A stretch of DNA of 64,000 nucleotides from Candidatus Iainarchaeum sp. GTDB taxonomy: Archaea > Iainarchaeota > Iainarchaeia > JAADDC01. Positions 63,135 to 64,000 of the stretch are shown here, piece after piece. The position numbers and the translations under genes are program-made. Numbering within the stretch: the first letter of the stretch is position 1; each line of letters begins with the position of its first letter. The DNA lies in assembly GCA_030445695.1 (NCBI GenBank), contig JASUTF010000001.1, positions 882-64,881 on the forward strand, written 5' to 3'. The notes below the pieces were generated by a model, which worked only from the letters and a program-made list of their open reading frames with translations, was not told the origin of the DNA and ran no database searches.

Positions 63135-63800
63135 ATGAACATGGCAGAGATATACATTCCTGCTATCGGGGACAGGTTCCCTGAGCTTGAGGTCAACACG
63201 ACCCACGGCAAGATGAAGCTGCCCGACGCGTTCAAGGGCAAGTGGTTCGTACTGTTCTCCCACCCGGCGGACTTCACGCCTGTGTGCACCACGGAGTTCG
63301 TCGCGTTCCAGAAGCGTTACGACCAGTTCAAGGAGCTAAACACGGAGCTCATTGGCCTTTCCGTTGACCAGGTGTTCTCCCACATCAAGTGGGTTGAGTG
63401 GATAAAGGAGGAGCTTGGTGTCGAGATCCAGTTCCCCATAATCGCGGACGACATGGGCATCGTTGCTGAGACGCTCGGCATGATCCACCCGAACAAGGGC
63501 ACCAACACGGTCCGCGCGGTCTTCATCGTGGACGACAAAGGCATTATCCGTGCAATGTTCTACTACCCACAGGAGGCAGGGAGAAACGTCGACGAGATCC
63601 TCCGCCTCGTGAAGGCGCTCCAGACAGCAGACAAGTACGGCGTTGCAGCGCCCCACAAGTGGCCAGAGAACGAGATCATCGGCGACCACGTGATAATACC
63701 GCCTGCATCCAGCGTCCAGGAGAGGAAGAAGCGCGAGGAAGCGGCCAAGAAGGGCGAGATTGAGTGCTTCGACTGGTGGTTCTGCCACAAGAAGTTGTGA
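63135..63800 (+). CDS. Peroxiredoxin (archaeal Prx, thioredoxin-dependent peroxidase)
   Basis: '[19 protein letters not shown]' peroxidatic Cys motif. C-terminal '[10 protein letters not shown]' as in Pyrococcus/Aeropyrum Prx. Confidence 0.9.
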   Translation: MNMAEIYIPAIGDRFPELEVNTTHGKMKLPDAFKGKWFVLFSHPADFTPVCTTEFVAFQKRYDQFKELNTELIGLSVDQVFSHIKWVEWIKEELGVEIQFPIIADDMGIVAETLGMIHPNKGTNTVRAVFIVDDKGIIRAMFYYPQEAGRNVDEILRLVKALQTADKYGVAAPHKWPENEIIGDHVIIPPASSVQERKKREEAAKKGEIECFDWWFCHKKL

Positions 63801-63846
63801 GGGGTATTTACATACCCTTTCCCAATATTTTCATGAGGTGATTAAG

Positions 63847-64000
63847 ATGATGTCTGAGATCCCGAAAGGTTTTGACGAGGTTAAGAAGCAGGATAAGAAG
63901 ATGGCGGACGCCGAGCTCGTTCGCATTGGTCTGATCGCGGAACTCGACGCAGTCAGCTTGTATGAACAGCTTGCAGCGAGGGCCACCGACCCGCTCGTGA
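63847..64000 (+). CDS. Ferritin-like/rubrerythrin-superfamily protein, N-terminal part (runs off the window end)
   Basis: Only 51 codons visible ('...AELVRIGLIAELDAVSLYEQLAARATDPL'). Helical diiron-like pattern. Tentative. Confidence 0.3.
   Translation, partial: MMSEIPKGFDEVKKQDKKMADAELVRIGLIAELDAVSLYEQLAARATDPLV

Overview
This 64 kb window looks like part of an archaeal chromosome, probably a Thermococcales-like euryarchaeon. My estimate from sampled stretches is about 55-58% GC. Gene order and several protein sequences resemble Pyrococcus/Thermococcus; the clearest matches are the AGOG glycosylase, the peroxiredoxin and L7Ae. Promoters appear to be TATA boxes about 27 nt upstream of tRNA 5' ends or of start codons, which suggests many leaderless mRNAs.

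Core content, mostly on the minus strand:
- 4.5-12.9 kb: the conserved translation/transcription supercluster Kae1, S27ae, S24e, Spt4, RpoE', PIN protein, aIF2-gamma, S6e, aIF5B, NDK, L24e, S28e, L7Ae. A VapBC toxin-antitoxin pair is inserted between aIF5B and NDK.
- 12.9-16.4 kb: SMC on the plus strand.
- 18.7-23.1 kb: the FtsZ, SecE, Spt5, L11, L1, L10, L12 cluster.
- 26.1-28.0 kb: RNase P subunits (Pop5, Rpp30) and L15e.
- Elsewhere: aIF5A, deoxyhypusine synthase, Taw3, TrmI, SurE, and an MGMT-endonuclease V fusion.
- Five tRNA-related loci: tRNA-Arg(TCT), tRNA-Leu(TAA), tRNA-Phe(GAA), tRNA-Met(CAT) with a 44-nt intron, and a duplicated tRNA-Met 3' fragment.

Accessory and unusual content:
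- A 95-nt element that is transcribed as a leader of tRNA-Arg and begins with an exact 15-nt copy of the tRNA's own 5' end.
- A low-GC gene next to tRNA-Phe.
- A degraded integrated element (HicAB) between tRNA-Met and a 28-nt direct repeat.
- An operon of a MinD-like ATPase with two small Roadblock/DUF4388-like proteins and an Sm protein.
- A secreted S16 Lon-like protease with a C-terminal membrane anchor.
- A large Cys-rich beta-helix protein with a pilin-like (class III) signal peptide.
- A MoxR-DUF58-membrane five-gene cluster.
- An orphan FlaI/VirB11-like ATPase.
- An mgtE gene carrying two frameshifts.
- A copper/metal-redox island: CopB P-type ATPase, a Met-rich secreted protein, a CopG/DUF411 protein, a membrane-anchored HTH regulator, CcdA plus a thioredoxin-like protein.
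- Oxidative-damage genes: AGOG, a UDG-superfamily protein, peroxiredoxin, nitroreductase, a radical-SAM SPL-like protein, endonuclease III.

No rRNA, CRISPR array or transposase was recognised.
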